Shown in pieces: positions 8,479 to 18,770 of a stretch of DNA of 64,000 nucleotides (position 1 is the first letter of the stretch; every line of letters starts with the position of its first letter). The notes below the pieces were generated by a model. It was not told the origin of the DNA, searched no databases, and saw only the letters and a list, made by a program, of their open reading frames with translations. The translations under genes were made by a program, and so were the position numbers. The DNA lies in the IMG/VR virus record IMGVR_UViG_3300047323_000694, positions 1-64,000 of that record; one strand, written 5' to 3'. This DNA is from a virus.

Positions 8479-10022
8479 TAGCGATCCACCCCGCTGGAGT
8501 ACTCGGCATCAAGCTGCTTGAGTTGTGCGCCCAGCTCGCCATTGATATCGCCTGCGATGCCCTTGGCGTCGGTGGCCTGAGTGTTTACTACCACCTCGCC
8601 CACCTGCACGTTGGTTTCCTTGCTGGCCGAGACCGCGTTGCTGATGGCGTGGCTGGTGGTGCTGTTGAACGGTGAGGCGTTGGCCGCCGCGACGGCCTGT
8701 TGGCCTTGGGACACGCCTTGCAGGGCTGGGATCGTGGTTGCACCGCTCGCTGGTTGCCCGTCATCGGGCAGCATCGCGTTGCTCTCTGGAATATCCGAGG
8801 CTGCACCGCCGATGCCAAAGAAGCTGGCCACGCTGCTGATGCCGTTGGCAATCTGCCGGACACCCTTGCCGATAAAGTCGATGACCTGCTGGAAGCCGAG
8901 GATGATCATGTCCCAGATCCCGGTCACGGCCGTACCCAGCATTTTGAAGGCGTCGATGATGGTAAAGACCACCTCTTTGACCATCGGGTATTTCTCGAAC
9001 ACCTGGCCAATCAGCGAATCGTTGCCATCGATGAAGTTCATCACGTCGTCGTAGGCCAGCGCGAACAACGCGGCGACTGCGGCGATGGCAGCACCTGCAG
9101 CAATGATCGGCCAGGTAGCGGCCAGAGTCGCGGCAGCGGCCGAGATCATCGCCGGCAGGTAAAAGGCGGTAACTGCCACGGCTATTGCCCCGAAGAAGCC
9201 GACAATCAGGTTCTGATGCTCGTTCGCCCAGGATACGATCTTGCCCAGCCACTCGATGCCTTTGATGATGGCGGGCAGTAAAGCGTCAGTGAGTCCCAGC
9301 CCGGCCCGGTCCAGACCGCCGCGCAGCTTGTTCATGGCGTCGTCCAACCGGCCGGCCTGAATCGCGACCTCCTTGCTGACTACGCCCTGCTCCTTGTGCG
9401 CCTTGGTCATGTTCTCGATTTCCTTGCGGCCCTTGAGGATCAGCTCAATGGTCTTGCTGTCGCGAATGCCCAGGCTCTGGATGGTGAAGCGGGCTTGATT
9501 CTTGTCCATGCCTTCAATGGCGCCTGCCACTTCCAGAATCCCCTGCATGGCGTCCTTGCTCTGGCCATCGACGCCTTGAAGGCTGATCCCCAGCCCGGCA
9601 AACGCCTGGGCCTGGCTGGAGTTGACGTCATCCAGCGCGGCGCCCATGGCCTTGGCCATCTTGGCTACTGTGTCCTGCGCGCCCTGGGACGTGCCGCCTG
9701 TGTCTTCAACGGAACGGCGGAACGCGTCCATTTCCTCCACGGCCACGCCGATGGATTCCGAGGTCTGGTTCATCAGGTGAATGTCGGAGGCGCGGCCGAT
9801 GGTGCTACTGATGACCTGGCCAACCCCCAGCGCTGCGGTCAGCGCGCCTAGTGCTTTGCTGGCGAAGCCGACAAAGGACTGCCCTGCACCTTCAGCAACT
9901 TTGTCGGTTTCCTTGAGTTTGTTGAGCAGCTTGTCGGCGGCGTTTTCTGATCTTGCGGCGCCCTGCTCGACGCTGCGGGTGTCGCCTTCGAACAGCACGG
10001 TGAAGGTGTCGAGTAGGGACAT
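8478..10022 (-). CDS. Tail tape measure protein
   Basis: Ala/Gly-rich helical sequence with hydrophobic segments; follows tail chaperone. Confidence 0.85.
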   Translation of the reverse strand: MSLLDTFTVLFEGDTRSVEQGAARSENAADKLLNKLKETDKVAEGAGQSFVGFASKALGALTAALGVGQVISSTIGRASDIHLMNQTSESIGVAVEEMDAFRRSVEDTGGTSQGAQDTVAKMAKAMGAALDDVNSSQAQAFAGLGISLQGVDGQSKDAMQGILEVAGAIEGMDKNQARFTIQSLGIRDSKTIELILKGRKEIENMTKAHKEQGVVSKEVAIQAGRLDDAMNKLRGGLDRAGLGLTDALLPAIIKGIEWLGKIVSWANEHQNLIVGFFGAIAVAVTAFYLPAMISAAAATLAATWPIIAAGAAIAAVAALFALAYDDVMNFIDGNDSLIGQVFEKYPMVKEVVFTIIDAFKMLGTAVTGIWDMIILGFQQVIDFIGKGVRQIANGISSVASFFGIGGAASDIPESNAMLPDDGQPASGATTIPALQGVSQGQQAVAAANASPFNSTTSHAISNAVSASKETNVQVGEVVVNTQATDAKGIAGDINGELGAQLKQLDAEYSSGVDR

Positions 10023-10573
10023 TTAGCGCCTCTGTTTCTTGCTGTGCTCGATGGCCAGCCATTCGTTGTAGCGGTTGACCTGCACGATCTCCCAGAGGTC
10101 GAAGGCCTCTTCCAGATCTAGGGTTGTCTTGAGTTCGGTTCGGGTTGCAAATCCCGCCGTAAGGATGGCGGCAAAGAATCCATCAGCGTTTGGATAATCA
10201 ACGGCAGGTGCTTCCTGATGAGCCCGTCGAAGAAACCCGAGGGACCGCCTTTGCCGAAAAAACTGGTGTTGTACTCCAGCATGGCGAACTCCAGGCGCAG
10301 CAGCGCTTCGCCGTCAGGCACGTGGTTATCGATCAGGGCTTGGGTGCTCAGGCGCATTTGGCCACTGTCCAGCTCCACCGCCACGAAGGACAGCAACAGT
10401 CGCATGGCTTCGACGCTGGCCTGGTACTCGCCCAGCTTGGGGATATTGCTCACCGGGTACTTGGCGAGGATTTCGCGCCCAGCCACGGCAGGGAGCCGGG
10501 AAATGATGAAGGTATGTTCCTGGCCGTCGACGTCCTTGACCTGCACGGTCTTGGGCTTGTTCAGCTCGGTCAT
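10023..10573 (-). CDS. Tail assembly chaperone G (10118-10573) and GT via -1 frameshift (to 10023)
   Basis: T TTT TTC slippery heptamer at 10256-10262; -1 frame stays open to TAA at 10023-10025, adjacent to the tape measure ATG. Confidence 0.8.
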
Positions 10574-10582
10574 GGTGACTCC

Positions 10583-11038
10583 TTATTGCGTGGCACGGGT
10601 GCCGCTGATGTCCTGGAAAGCGAACACATAGGCCTTGGATTTTTGCCGGCCGGCGCTAGCCACCGACTTACCGGGAAAGCCGCTGGTCAACTTGCCGTTG
10701 GACGCGGTCAGGGTCGAGCCGTCCGGGTAGGTGGCCACGATGGTGATCACGTCACCGGCTACCCGTTTGCCCTTGGCCGCCCGGTTGGCCTCGAAGAGGA
10801 TTTGCAGGTTGTTATCGCCTTCGCTGCCAGGGATGGCGTTGATGGTCGGCAGAATGGGTTGCGGCGAGCTGAACACCACCAGATCGCCGTTGACGTTCAT
10901 CGCGGCGGTGGCGATGGCCACGGCAGGCAGGTCGAAAGGATCGGCGTCGTCGGCAAACTCGGTGAAACTGAAACCATTGGGGAAGGTTTTACTGGCGATG
11001 ATATTCAGCGCCAGACCGGTGGCGGAGATGTCGTACAT
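10583..11038 (-). CDS. Tail tube protein
   Basis: FADDADPFD..NGDLV motif; position after sheath. Confidence 0.8.
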   Translation of the reverse strand: MYDISATGLALNIIASKTFPNGFSFTEFADDADPFDLPAVAIATAAMNVNGDLVVFSSPQPILPTINAIPGSEGDNNLQILFEANRAAKGKRVAGDVITIVATYPDGSTLTASNGKLTSGFPGKSVASAGRQKSKAYVFAFQDISGTRATQ

Positions 11039-11050
11039 AAATTGGCCTCA

Positions 11051-11075
11051 ATAAAAAGCCCGGACAGGCCGGGCT
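11051..11075 (-). terminator. Terminator of the moron upstream of the tube gene
   Basis: AGCCCGG-CCTGT-CCGGGCT followed by a T tract on the minus strand. Confidence 0.7.
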
Positions 11076-11129
11076 GAAAATAAGCGATTGAGTGCGATGG
11101 GAACGTCTAGAACAACACCCCTCCCGTAA

Positions 11130-12056
11130 TCAAACTCGTCTAATAGCTGTAATAGACAATGTAAAATCAGGATTCGTGAACCTTATTTCGCTACCCGCAG
11201 CATGAATAAATCCAGGACGCAATACTGTCGCGGCCTCCACACGTAATGTATTGCCGCTTTCCCATGCCCAATGTGTGCCAGGGACGGTAACACCCGCGTT
11301 TATAATTTTGATAGCCTGAGGGCTACGATTGAGGGAGGAGTTAATTATTTGCCTTGCAGAGACATCAGTGGGGAAAGTAACCGTCAGCCAATATGTTGTC
11401 ATGCTCACAGATTCAAAGCCGGTGCCTTCCGGCATCAAAAACTGACGAGTGTTTTGCAGAAGACTTTTATAAACCGGGGTACCTAACCGTTGGATTTCGC
11501 TAGCGATATTGGAGATAGACTCTGATGACGAATAAACGTTTACATTATTCGCCAACCCTGTCAATTTATAAATTAAAGTGGCTTGCTCATCAAAAACATT
11601 GCCTTCCGCAGCGGCATAAGTATCTGTAACAGCCGGATCAACTACTCGATCGACCTCCCAGCCAGAGATTGCCAAGCCCACGGCACCGGCAATACCAATT
11701 TGCCCATACCCCAGCAAGTTTAGATGATTAGTCACACGAGCAATTAAGGAACCGTTGTCCACCTCACGGGCGACTTGGCATGAGGATGGCAAAACAATAC
11801 AGCGGTGGTTTTGTGGTAAGTGTCGTTCTTGCAGCACTAGCGCCAGTTGTTCAGCAGAATAATCACCTACTTGATGAGGGTTCGCATGGCCTATAAGAAA
11901 TATAGTGTCGTTAGGGCCCAATCCGACCGTACGCAAATCCAGAGCAGCATTCCCCATCATGTATACCCTGCTGGTAGAATGGCGGGCCATGATTCTGATT
12001 GCGTTAGTAAGCATAATCCAATCAGGCGCAGCTTCCAGCATAATCACAATATTCAT
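11130..12056 (-). CDS. AT-rich moron, putative caspase-fold/C80-like cysteine peptidase
   Basis: TIFLIGH57A and CIVLPSSC93 His/Cys motifs after beta-strands; low GC; inserted between sheath and tube. Confidence 0.55.
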   Translation of the reverse strand: MNIVIMLEAAPDWIMLTNAIRIMARHSTSRVYMMGNAALDLRTVGLGPNDTIFLIGHANPHQVGDYSAEQLALVLQERHLPQNHRCIVLPSSCQVAREVDNGSLIARVTNHLNLLGYGQIGIAGAVGLAISGWEVDRVVDPAVTDTYAAAEGNVFDEQATLIYKLTGLANNVNVYSSSESISNIASEIQRLGTPVYKSLLQNTRQFLMPEGTGFESVSMTTYWLTVTFPTDVSARQIINSSLNRSPQAIKIINAGVTVPGTHWAWESGNTLRVEAATVLRPGFIHAAGSEIRFTNPDFTLSITAIRRV

Positions 12057-12230
12057 AGTATCTCTGAAAAATTAATTGAAAAACTGAATCGTAGACCAGT
12101 CCCTAGGTGCGCACTGTAAATATTTCTGCTACCACTGATTGCTCGACGCTGCCTTGGATTATGTTCGGAAACCGAGTGCTTTAAGTGCGACCACTATAAA
12201 ACCCAGCTCGATCCAGGCCATTTTTGCTTT

Positions 12231-13727
12231 TTAAATCAGATTGTGCGAGCCCTCAATCTTGCGTACCACATCATTCTTGCTATAGGCCAACGTGTACTGC
12301 GCCACATACTCGGTCGCCCCGCTCTCCCCGGTACGCGGCACGATGGCCACGTCAGCCCAGAAGCCATTGATCTGCACGTCGCGCCAGGCATCCGGGTCGC
12401 CGGAGAGCTGAGTGACGGCAATCTGCTGGGCCGTGGTCAGTTCCTTGCCGATGCTGATCGTGCCGTTGAATTTCGCCAGGTTGGCGCCCTCCACCACCTG
12501 CCCCAGGACCATGCCGCGCCCGTCATTGTTCACCGGGATCTTGCCCAGTGACAGCTGCAGGCTAAGCAGCCGTGCGGTGAGGTAGGCCTTGAGCCATTGC
12601 TCGTTGGCGTGGACGTTCATGTCCAAGGGCGCGGTGGCGCCGCCCTGCAGGTAGCCTCGCTGAAAGAAGGCGATCTTTTGCCCGGCGCTGGCGGTCTCGC
12701 CGTAGTAGCTGATACGCATGGCGTCGTAGGTGTTGGCGTCGGCGTTGGAACTGACATCCGCTGCCATGCCGGGCACCTGGCGGTACATGTAGTTCACGGT
12801 AGCGTTGCGGCGCTGGTAGTTGGTCGCGGCCATGATCGCGGCAGGGATCGACTCCTTGTATTGGCCGCTCGCGCCATTGAGCATCAGCCCGGTGGAGGCA
12901 AAACTTTGCAGGGCGGCATAGAAGCTTTGCGCCGTGGCGGCCGAGACGCCGATCAGGAACATGTATTTCACGTTTAGCGCGGCGTTGTACTGGGCCACCG
13001 GTACCGCTTCGTCGACGGTGATGGTCGGATAGCTGAACGAGCCGAACGAATCGGTAATGTCCTCGGCAGCTTGCAGGGCCTGCAGTGGTGTCTGCACAAC
13101 ACTACCCGGTGACAGAACAGCGGAGGCTTGGGTCCAGCCCAGCAGGTCGGCCAGTTCGGTGGCCGCCACTTTGACTGGCGCGTTGACGGCGGTACCGCCG
13201 CTCAAGGTGAAAATCGCGGCAATAGGGTCATAGCTGACGGTGGCGTCGGTCCATTGCGCGCCGCCCGCTGTATAGCTCTGAATGGCTTCTTCGATAGCGG
13301 TGGCCACGTCGGCGAAAGTACTGGCGGTGGACAGGTCGATGCCTTGCAGGGTCTGTTCGCCGTCCCCCAGGGTCAGGATCAGTGAACCAGCGGATACAGC
13401 CTTGAGCTGGCTGAGAGTGTTACCCGTCTTGATCCCGAAGATCTGCGGCTTGCGCGGCTCGGTGACCAGCGCGGCAAAGCGGATTTTCTTTGCCTGGCTG
13501 GCAGGTGCCGGGCTGATGTAGCTGAAATACTGGTTGGCAAACGCGGCCTCCGGGCTGGCGGCGCCGAAATATCGGTCGGCATCGCCTTTTTCCATGGTGA
13601 CCATGGCATCCACCGGCACACGGGGGTCGCTGCTGAAGCGCAGGCCCACCAGCTCGCGCTCGGCGACGGCTTGGGCGCCCGCGACGCCGGAGGTGATGTG
13701 TACATAGCGGTCAATCGAGATCGACAT
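12231..13727 (-). CDS. Tail sheath protein (DUF3383)
   Basis: YV.ITSGV N-terminus; YSK.D.VRKIEG C-terminus; 498 aa. Confidence 0.85.
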   Translation of the reverse strand: MSISIDRYVHITSGVAGAQAVAERELVGLRFSSDPRVPVDAMVTMEKGDADRYFGAASPEAAFANQYFSYISPAPASQAKKIRFAALVTEPRKPQIFGIKTGNTLSQLKAVSAGSLILTLGDGEQTLQGIDLSTASTFADVATAIEEAIQSYTAGGAQWTDATVSYDPIAAIFTLSGGTAVNAPVKVAATELADLLGWTQASAVLSPGSVVQTPLQALQAAEDITDSFGSFSYPTITVDEAVPVAQYNAALNVKYMFLIGVSAATAQSFYAALQSFASTGLMLNGASGQYKESIPAAIMAATNYQRRNATVNYMYRQVPGMAADVSSNADANTYDAMRISYYGETASAGQKIAFFQRGYLQGGATAPLDMNVHANEQWLKAYLTARLLSLQLSLGKIPVNNDGRGMVLGQVVEGANLAKFNGTISIGKELTTAQQIAVTQLSGDPDAWRDVQINGFWADVAIVPRTGESGATEYVAQYTLAYSKNDVVRKIEGSHNLI

Positions 13728-13737
13728 GGGTCGGGCC

Positions 13738-14274
13738 TCATACTCGGGTTATTGCATGCTCGATGGCGTCCACGGACGGCGTGATGAGCGTGATGCTACG
13801 CAGATGCGAAACGGTGAAGTCGAAGGATGGCGCCGCCTCCTGCTGGCCCTGATCGTTCTCGAAGAACGGGCAACGGATGGCGGTGATGCGCTGCAGCCCG
13901 GCGCCGTGGCGGCTCAAGGTGTCGATAAAGGGCTGCGAGCTGATCAGCATCGCGGCCAGGCTGGTCAGGTCTTCGGCGGTCGCGGCTGTGGTGTCGTGTG
14001 GATCGCTGCGGGCGTAACCACCGAGCTGGAAATGCGCCAGCATGCGTTGGGTTTCGCTGTGGCGCTGCTGGCCGCTGGCTGGGTCGTAACGGTCCTTGCG
14101 GTGCTGCCAGCCGTAGCGGCTGCTATCCACCGGGAAGAAGTACAGGCCTCGGGTGGCTCTGCCCTGCCCCGTGGGTTGATGCCCGGCCAGCACCGGCAGG
14201 TCGGTGATGCCCTGGCGCGCGAGCAGACCCAGCAGCGTGGCGCGAATCAATGCCTTGAGCTGGTTATCGGTCAC
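13738..14274 (-). CDS. Tail terminator/neck protein
   Basis: QPTGQG and F.ND..Q.E..PSFD motifs; synteny. Confidence 0.65.
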   Translation of the reverse strand: MTDNQLKALIRATLLGLLARQGITDLPVLAGHQPTGQGRATRGLYFFPVDSSRYGWQHRKDRYDPASGQQRHSETQRMLAHFQLGGYARSDPHDTTAATAEDLTSLAAMLISSQPFIDTLSRHGAGLQRITAIRCPFFENDQGQQEAAPSFDFTVSHLRSITLITPSVDAIEHAITRV

Positions 14275-14645
14275 GGCACCGGCCCCACATCCACCACCAG
14301 CACGCCGCGCCAGCCATCCTGGGCCGACCAGTCCAGCAGGTTGGCCACTTCATGGCGGCGGCCATTGAAGTCGAGCAGATCTGGCGAGGCTTCGCGCTGG
14401 ATGCCCTCAATGGCTACCGAGGCGTAGAAGGTCGCGTAGGTCTTGGCCAGATCCAGACCCATGGCGGTGTAACGGGTACGATCAACCGCCTGCCAACTGC
14501 CGATCACGTCCACCGGCGCATCGTAGGCGGTGACCCACTGGCCAAGCTCGTTTTCGCTGCGGCCATTGGCGTGGTGCCAGCGCACCAACTGGCCGCCGAT
14601 CACGCCCAGTGCCAGGCCCAGCAGGTTGACGCCGGGAATCATCAT
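14271..14645 (-). CDS. Head closure/stopper protein
   Basis: IPG.NLL..A, GSWQAV and W..QDGW motifs; synteny. Confidence 0.6.
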   Translation of the reverse strand: MMIPGVNLLGLALGVIGGQLVRWHHANGRSENELGQWVTAYDAPVDVIGSWQAVDRTRYTAMGLDLAKTYATFYASVAIEGIQREASPDLLDFNGRRHEVANLLDWSAQDGWRGVLVVDVGPVP

Positions 14646-15109
14646 AGGTCCACCACATCGTTGTTGACTGAGCCGATCAGCAGGCCGGTGTCCACCAAGG
14701 GCTTGACCGAGACGCCCGGGGTTTTACGTCGCGAACGACGTGCTGCCACGGTGGCATCGGCCAAGGGTGGCGCGGTGATCTGGCTGATGGTTTTTTTGAT
14801 ATCGGCGGCTGCTCGAGCACCGAACTGATAGAGCATGGCCGGGGCTTCGATCTGACCGTTGAGCACGGCCTTGCAGCCGCTGCGCAGGGATTCGCGCCAG
14901 GCGTTACGCTGTTGCTCGATAGTCGGGCGCATAAAGGGCCGCGCATGCTCAGGGTGGAACTCCTGAATACTCGCCACATAGGCCACGGGCGTGCCGTCGG
15001 GGTATTTGGCCGACTCAAAGAAGCCGACCCGGGCCTGCTTGTGAGCGATGGCCTGCATGGCCCGGCGCAACGCCTCGCTACCCGTGCGATTCTGGCTTAC
15101 CTTCGCCAC
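14642..15109 (-). CDS. Neck/tail completion protein (HK97 gp10-like)
   Basis: VG..YPDG, RPFMRPT and KPLVDTG motifs. Confidence 0.7.
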   Translation of the reverse strand: MAKVSQNRTGSEALRRAMQAIAHKQARVGFFESAKYPDGTPVAYVASIQEFHPEHARPFMRPTIEQQRNAWRESLRSGCKAVLNGQIEAPAMLYQFGARAAADIKKTISQITAPPLADATVAARRSRRKTPGVSVKPLVDTGLLIGSVNNDVVDL

Positions 15110-15525
15110 AAACGGCCCCCCTTTGGAAACAGCCCGCCCACCGCACGAAAGGCCGCTCGCTCAGGCAACCCGCCGACATAGAAGCCGCCGGCGGTGCAGC
15201 GCTTGAGCAGGGCCAGCAGTTGCAAACCGTAGGGGGTCAATCCCAGCCAATACGCCCAGGCATCATCACCACCCGGTGGCGGCGCGACAGAGACGCTGAC
15301 CTTATCGATGGTCGCGCTAGTAACCTGGCCGCTGACTCCGCCCGTGCGTGCCTGGGCGGCCAGGGTCAGCAGGTGCGCCACCATCAGCATGAGCATCTGG
15401 CTTGAGCAGTTGCAGCCCGTGTCGGCGAGGAAGCATTGGGCTTCGGTCGCCATGGCCAGAAGCTGTTCATCGGTCTGCGCGGCAAACTGCGGATACAGCA
15501 GGCGGAAAGTGTCCGGAACGAACAT
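15097..15525 (-). CDS. Head-tail adaptor (DUF4054)
   Basis: FR..YPQF, AHLL and T.YG motifs. Confidence 0.75.
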   Translation of the reverse strand: MFVPDTFRLLYPQFAAQTDEQLLAMATEAQCFLADTGCNCSSQMLMLMVAHLLTLAAQARTGGVSGQVTSATIDKVSVSVAPPPGGDDAWAYWLGLTPYGLQLLALLKRCTAGGFYVGGLPERAAFRAVGGLFPKGGRLWRR

Positions 15526-15527
15526 GT

Positions 15528-15908
15528 TCAGCCCCTGCTCTTTTTTACCGGCTTGCCAGTGACTGGAGCCTCGCCCTCGGCAAAGTCCTGCTCCACCAGC
15601 GGCGCCGAGGCATCGCGGCCGGTCATGCTGGCGGCGACCTTGTCCGGCTCGGCCTTGGCTTGGGACACGCTGATATAGGCGTTGCTCTCGTGCAGGCGGA
15701 ACACCTCATTACGGCGCAGCTCGGCCAGTTGCTCAGCGGTCACTTCGGTGACCACGCCCAGGGGGGTAATCAGGTGTTTGTTGGCCACGTTGGCCTTACC
15801 GGCGATAAATACCGAGGTTTCCAGTTGGGGCGCGCCACCAGGCACATCGGTGTAGGTGCTGTAGCTCTGGTCATTGCTCAGGGTGGAATAGACGTAGATC
15901 GTCATCAC
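15528..15908 (-). CDS. Conserved phage head-region protein
   Basis: IYVYSTL, G.ANVA and TP.GVVT.V motifs; synteny. Confidence 0.6.
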   Translation of the reverse strand: MMTIYVYSTLSNDQSYSTYTDVPGGAPQLETSVFIAGKANVANKHLITPLGVVTEVTAEQLAELRRNEVFRLHESNAYISVSQAKAEPDKVAASMTGRDASAPLVEQDFAEGEAPVTGKPVKKSRG

Positions 15909-15971
15909 GGCATCCTCATCAGAAAAAGAAAGCCCGGCGCAGAGGCCGGGCTGGTCGAAGAATGGTATGGG

Positions 15972-17057
15972 TCACAGCCCGGTGTAGCGGCGCACCGCCC
16001 AGGGCCGTTTGAACAACACTCCCGCCGTGGCGTTGGTGAAGTCTTCCAGGTATCCCTTGGCGCGCTGTTCGCTGCCAATGACCTGGAAGCGGGTCGGCAC
16101 AATCTGTGTCAGCACCCGGCCATCATCGGTGCTGCCACCTTTCACCGAGTCGGCATACAGGTACGCGCCGTTGGCCCCACCATTGGCGCCGACCAGTTCC
16201 GGTACCTCGATAACCCGAATGCCGGGATAGGTCTTGGTCAACCAGTCCTGCACCGAATTGCCCTGCTCCGACGTCACGCCCAGAAACTCGCCATGGCCCA
16301 GCGGCAATGCCAGGGTCATCGGGGTTTTGTTGCTGATATGGCCACCCCCGGACACCACCAGATCCGCGACCATGCGGCGAATGTCGGCCGTGAGCTGCAG
16401 GAAGCTTTTCTGGGCCCAGGATGAAGTGGCAGGCGATGATCCGTTGGTGGGCAGCGTGACATAACCCGGCAATTGCGGGTCGTTGAGAAAGCCATAGGTA
16501 CGGGTTTCCGGCGAGCTGAAACCATAGAAGCCCACGCGGTTGCGCGAGATATCCAGGGATTCGGAGGCCGCGCTGCGCTTCTCTGCCGCATCGTTGATAC
16601 CAGCCTTGGCGGCGCGTAGCTCCTCCAGGCGCGAAACGAACAAGCCCTGCTCGAAGCGCACGATGGTGCGGCGCTCGTAGCCGTTCTTGTAGTTGGCGAA
16701 CGGAATGTTGGTGGTATCGCCGTAAAGCTCGGCTTTACCCGTGGCCTCCATGGTGCCTTGGATGATTTCCTCGTCCTCCCAGCTGCCCATGGTCTGCACG
16801 CCGCACAGTTCATCGATCAGCCGCACGGTGGTGAGTTGGTGCACCAGCCCGGGCAGCCAGGTTTGCAGATTTTGCGCCAGAGTACCGGCGGCGCCGATCA
16901 CCGGGCCGGTCAGGGCCGAATCCATGGCCAGGGCGTCGACGTTGATGCCGATCCGGGCCAACTGGGCATAGTGTTGGGCGTGCTCGGGCTTGAGCACCAG
17001 CGGGCCGCGTCGGGACAGATCGCGGCCGCTGATGTAATTGCGTTCAGGGGTGCGCAT
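15972..17057 (-). CDS. Major capsid protein (DUF2184-like)
   Basis: YG.LNDP.L and TAGVL.KRP.AV motifs. Confidence 0.85.
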   Translation of the reverse strand: MRTPERNYISGRDLSRRGPLVLKPEHAQHYAQLARIGINVDALAMDSALTGPVIGAAGTLAQNLQTWLPGLVHQLTTVRLIDELCGVQTMGSWEDEEIIQGTMEATGKAELYGDTTNIPFANYKNGYERRTIVRFEQGLFVSRLEELRAAKAGINDAAEKRSAASESLDISRNRVGFYGFSSPETRTYGFLNDPQLPGYVTLPTNGSSPATSSWAQKSFLQLTADIRRMVADLVVSGGGHISNKTPMTLALPLGHGEFLGVTSEQGNSVQDWLTKTYPGIRVIEVPELVGANGGANGAYLYADSVKGGSTDDGRVLTQIVPTRFQVIGSEQRAKGYLEDFTNATAGVLFKRPWAVRRYTGL

Positions 17058-17070
17058 CGGTGGCGGCTCC

Positions 17071-17577
17071 TCAGTTGGTCAGTTTGATGAACGCCAGCGA
17101 GGGCGTATCAACAGATGCGTGGTGACGGTCCACCACGCAGTTCGGCACCAGCGCACGGCCAGCGCCAGGGGTTTCAGGATCGGCGACCCAATCCAGCTCG
17201 CCGGTGGTGAGGTCGTAAACCACGGCGGCGCCGATGGGCGCGCTGGGAGTGGCCAGGGAGACGGCAACGAAGCCCATCTCCATGAATTCGCAGGCGGTGC
17301 CATTGGGCAGGGTCAGGGTATCGGCCAGGGTGTCGCCGGGCAGGCCGTAGAGCACGTGGGTCTTGGGCAGGATCAAAATGCCCGCGAACACCCCGCTGCC
17401 GCCCGCCTCCATGGTCTGCGCCTGGGTGTCGGCATAGGTAAACGCACGACCGATCACGTTGTGCTCCGGCGTCACGCTGTCGAGCAGGCCGGGGCGTACG
17501 CGCATCGGACCGTCGTGGGAGATCTCGCCGACCACGCCGGATATCAGCTCGGATTTAATACTTGCTGGAAAGGCCAT
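17071..17577 (-). CDS. Capsid decoration/cement protein
   Basis: GVVGE..GP.R and FAGIL..PK motifs; precedes capsid. Confidence 0.7.
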   Translation of the reverse strand: MAFPASIKSELISGVVGEISHDGPMRVRPGLLDSVTPEHNVIGRAFTYADTQAQTMEAGGSGVFAGILILPKTHVLYGLPGDTLADTLTLPNGTACEFMEMGFVAVSLATPSAPIGAAVVYDLTTGELDWVADPETPGAGRALVPNCVVDRHHASVDTPSLAFIKLTN

Positions 17578-17580
17578 GGC

Positions 17581-18714
17581 TTACTTCTCCCAGGTGTCGA
17601 ACAGGTTCACATCCGCACCATCCAGGGCGACGGTGGGAATTTTGTGCGGTGGCGTACGGCCGTGCAGATAAGCCCTCAGCGCGGCCAGCTCCTGGCCTTT
17701 CTGGGTAGGCACACCGAGCTTCTGCACGCCGTATTCGGCCACGCCCTGCACGCTCATGCGCGCATGGTCGAAGGTGCCGACAAAGCCGGACAGGTTTGCG
17801 GCCAGGGCATCACGGTCGGCCAGCCCCGTCACCAGGGCAGCGTCCATGCCGCGCTGTTGCTGCTCCAGGTTCCCCAGGCGTTTGCCGAGGCCATCCAGCG
17901 CCCGGAGAATCGCTTGGTCAGCCGTCGGTTGTTCGCTTGGCGGCTCGGTACCGACCGGATTTGTATCGATCACCGGTTCAGTACCTTCCGTGTCGCCAGT
18001 TGGCTCCGGCTCTGCGCTGGCCGTGATCAGGCCTACCTCGGCCAGCAACGCGTTGGCTTCGGCCTGGCTTTCCAGCAGGGGTTTCAATTGTTCAAGCAGG
18101 GCTTTGATTCGGGCGAGGTTGTCCCCGCCTTCTGGCCCGGTAATGTCGTCAGCCATGGGTAGTAACTCCGCTGAATCGAGGGTGAATGTCAGGTGGTCCT
18201 GTACTGCGACATCGGGGCCGGAACGGCCCTCGCTGACCAGTGCAAGGTGGTTGCCCCGGATATGGCGTTGCACGGCGTCATAGGGGACGCCTTCGAACTC
18301 GCCGGGGGTAAAGTCGTATTGGCAGAAGTACCCTGCCGACAGTTCGATCTTGCCGTTGTCGATCAGGGTCTTGGCGGCCTCGGAAACGATCTTGAGATTG
18401 CCGCGCAGGTAGGGCGTGTCGAAGTAGATCTGTTCGCCGAGCATGCCCTGAATGCCCTTGCGCTCGGCCGGGGTGCCGCCGCCCTCCTCGCTGCCAAGAA
18501 AGGCGTGCTCGTCCACGAACGGCAGCAGACGGAATGACTCGATGCATTCAGGGCTGGCCAGTTCCTCGGCGGGCCGGTAGACCCGGTAGATCTGCTCGGC
18601 GATGGGCGCGCCAATCTCGCTGCCGCGATAGGGAAATACCCCCACTTTGCTCAGCGGGTTGTCCCGCACCTCCAGCCAGCCATTACGGTCGGTGATGCGC
18701 TTGGTCTGTTGCAT
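17581..18714 (-). CDS. Prohead protease/scaffold (DUF2213)
   Basis: ELSAGY and NHLALV..GR.G motifs. Confidence 0.85.
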   Translation of the reverse strand: MQQTKRITDRNGWLEVRDNPLSKVGVFPYRGSEIGAPIAEQIYRVYRPAEELASPECIESFRLLPFVDEHAFLGSEEGGGTPAERKGIQGMLGEQIYFDTPYLRGNLKIVSEAAKTLIDNGKIELSAGYFCQYDFTPGEFEGVPYDAVQRHIRGNHLALVSEGRSGPDVAVQDHLTFTLDSAELLPMADDITGPEGGDNLARIKALLEQLKPLLESQAEANALLAEVGLITASAEPEPTGDTEGTEPVIDTNPVGTEPPSEQPTADQAILRALDGLGKRLGNLEQQQRGMDAALVTGLADRDALAANLSGFVGTFDHARMSVQGVAEYGVQKLGVPTQKGQELAALRAYLHGRTPPHKIPTVALDGADVNLFDTWEK

Positions 18715-18770
18715 GGATTGCGCTCAATGAAAAAACCCGCCGTGGCGGGTTGGGGAAACGGGTAAGCCGG

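Noticed and set aside
2165-13727. R-type tailocin or eCIS
   Set aside because: Contiguous with capsid, portal, terminase, replication and integrase genes
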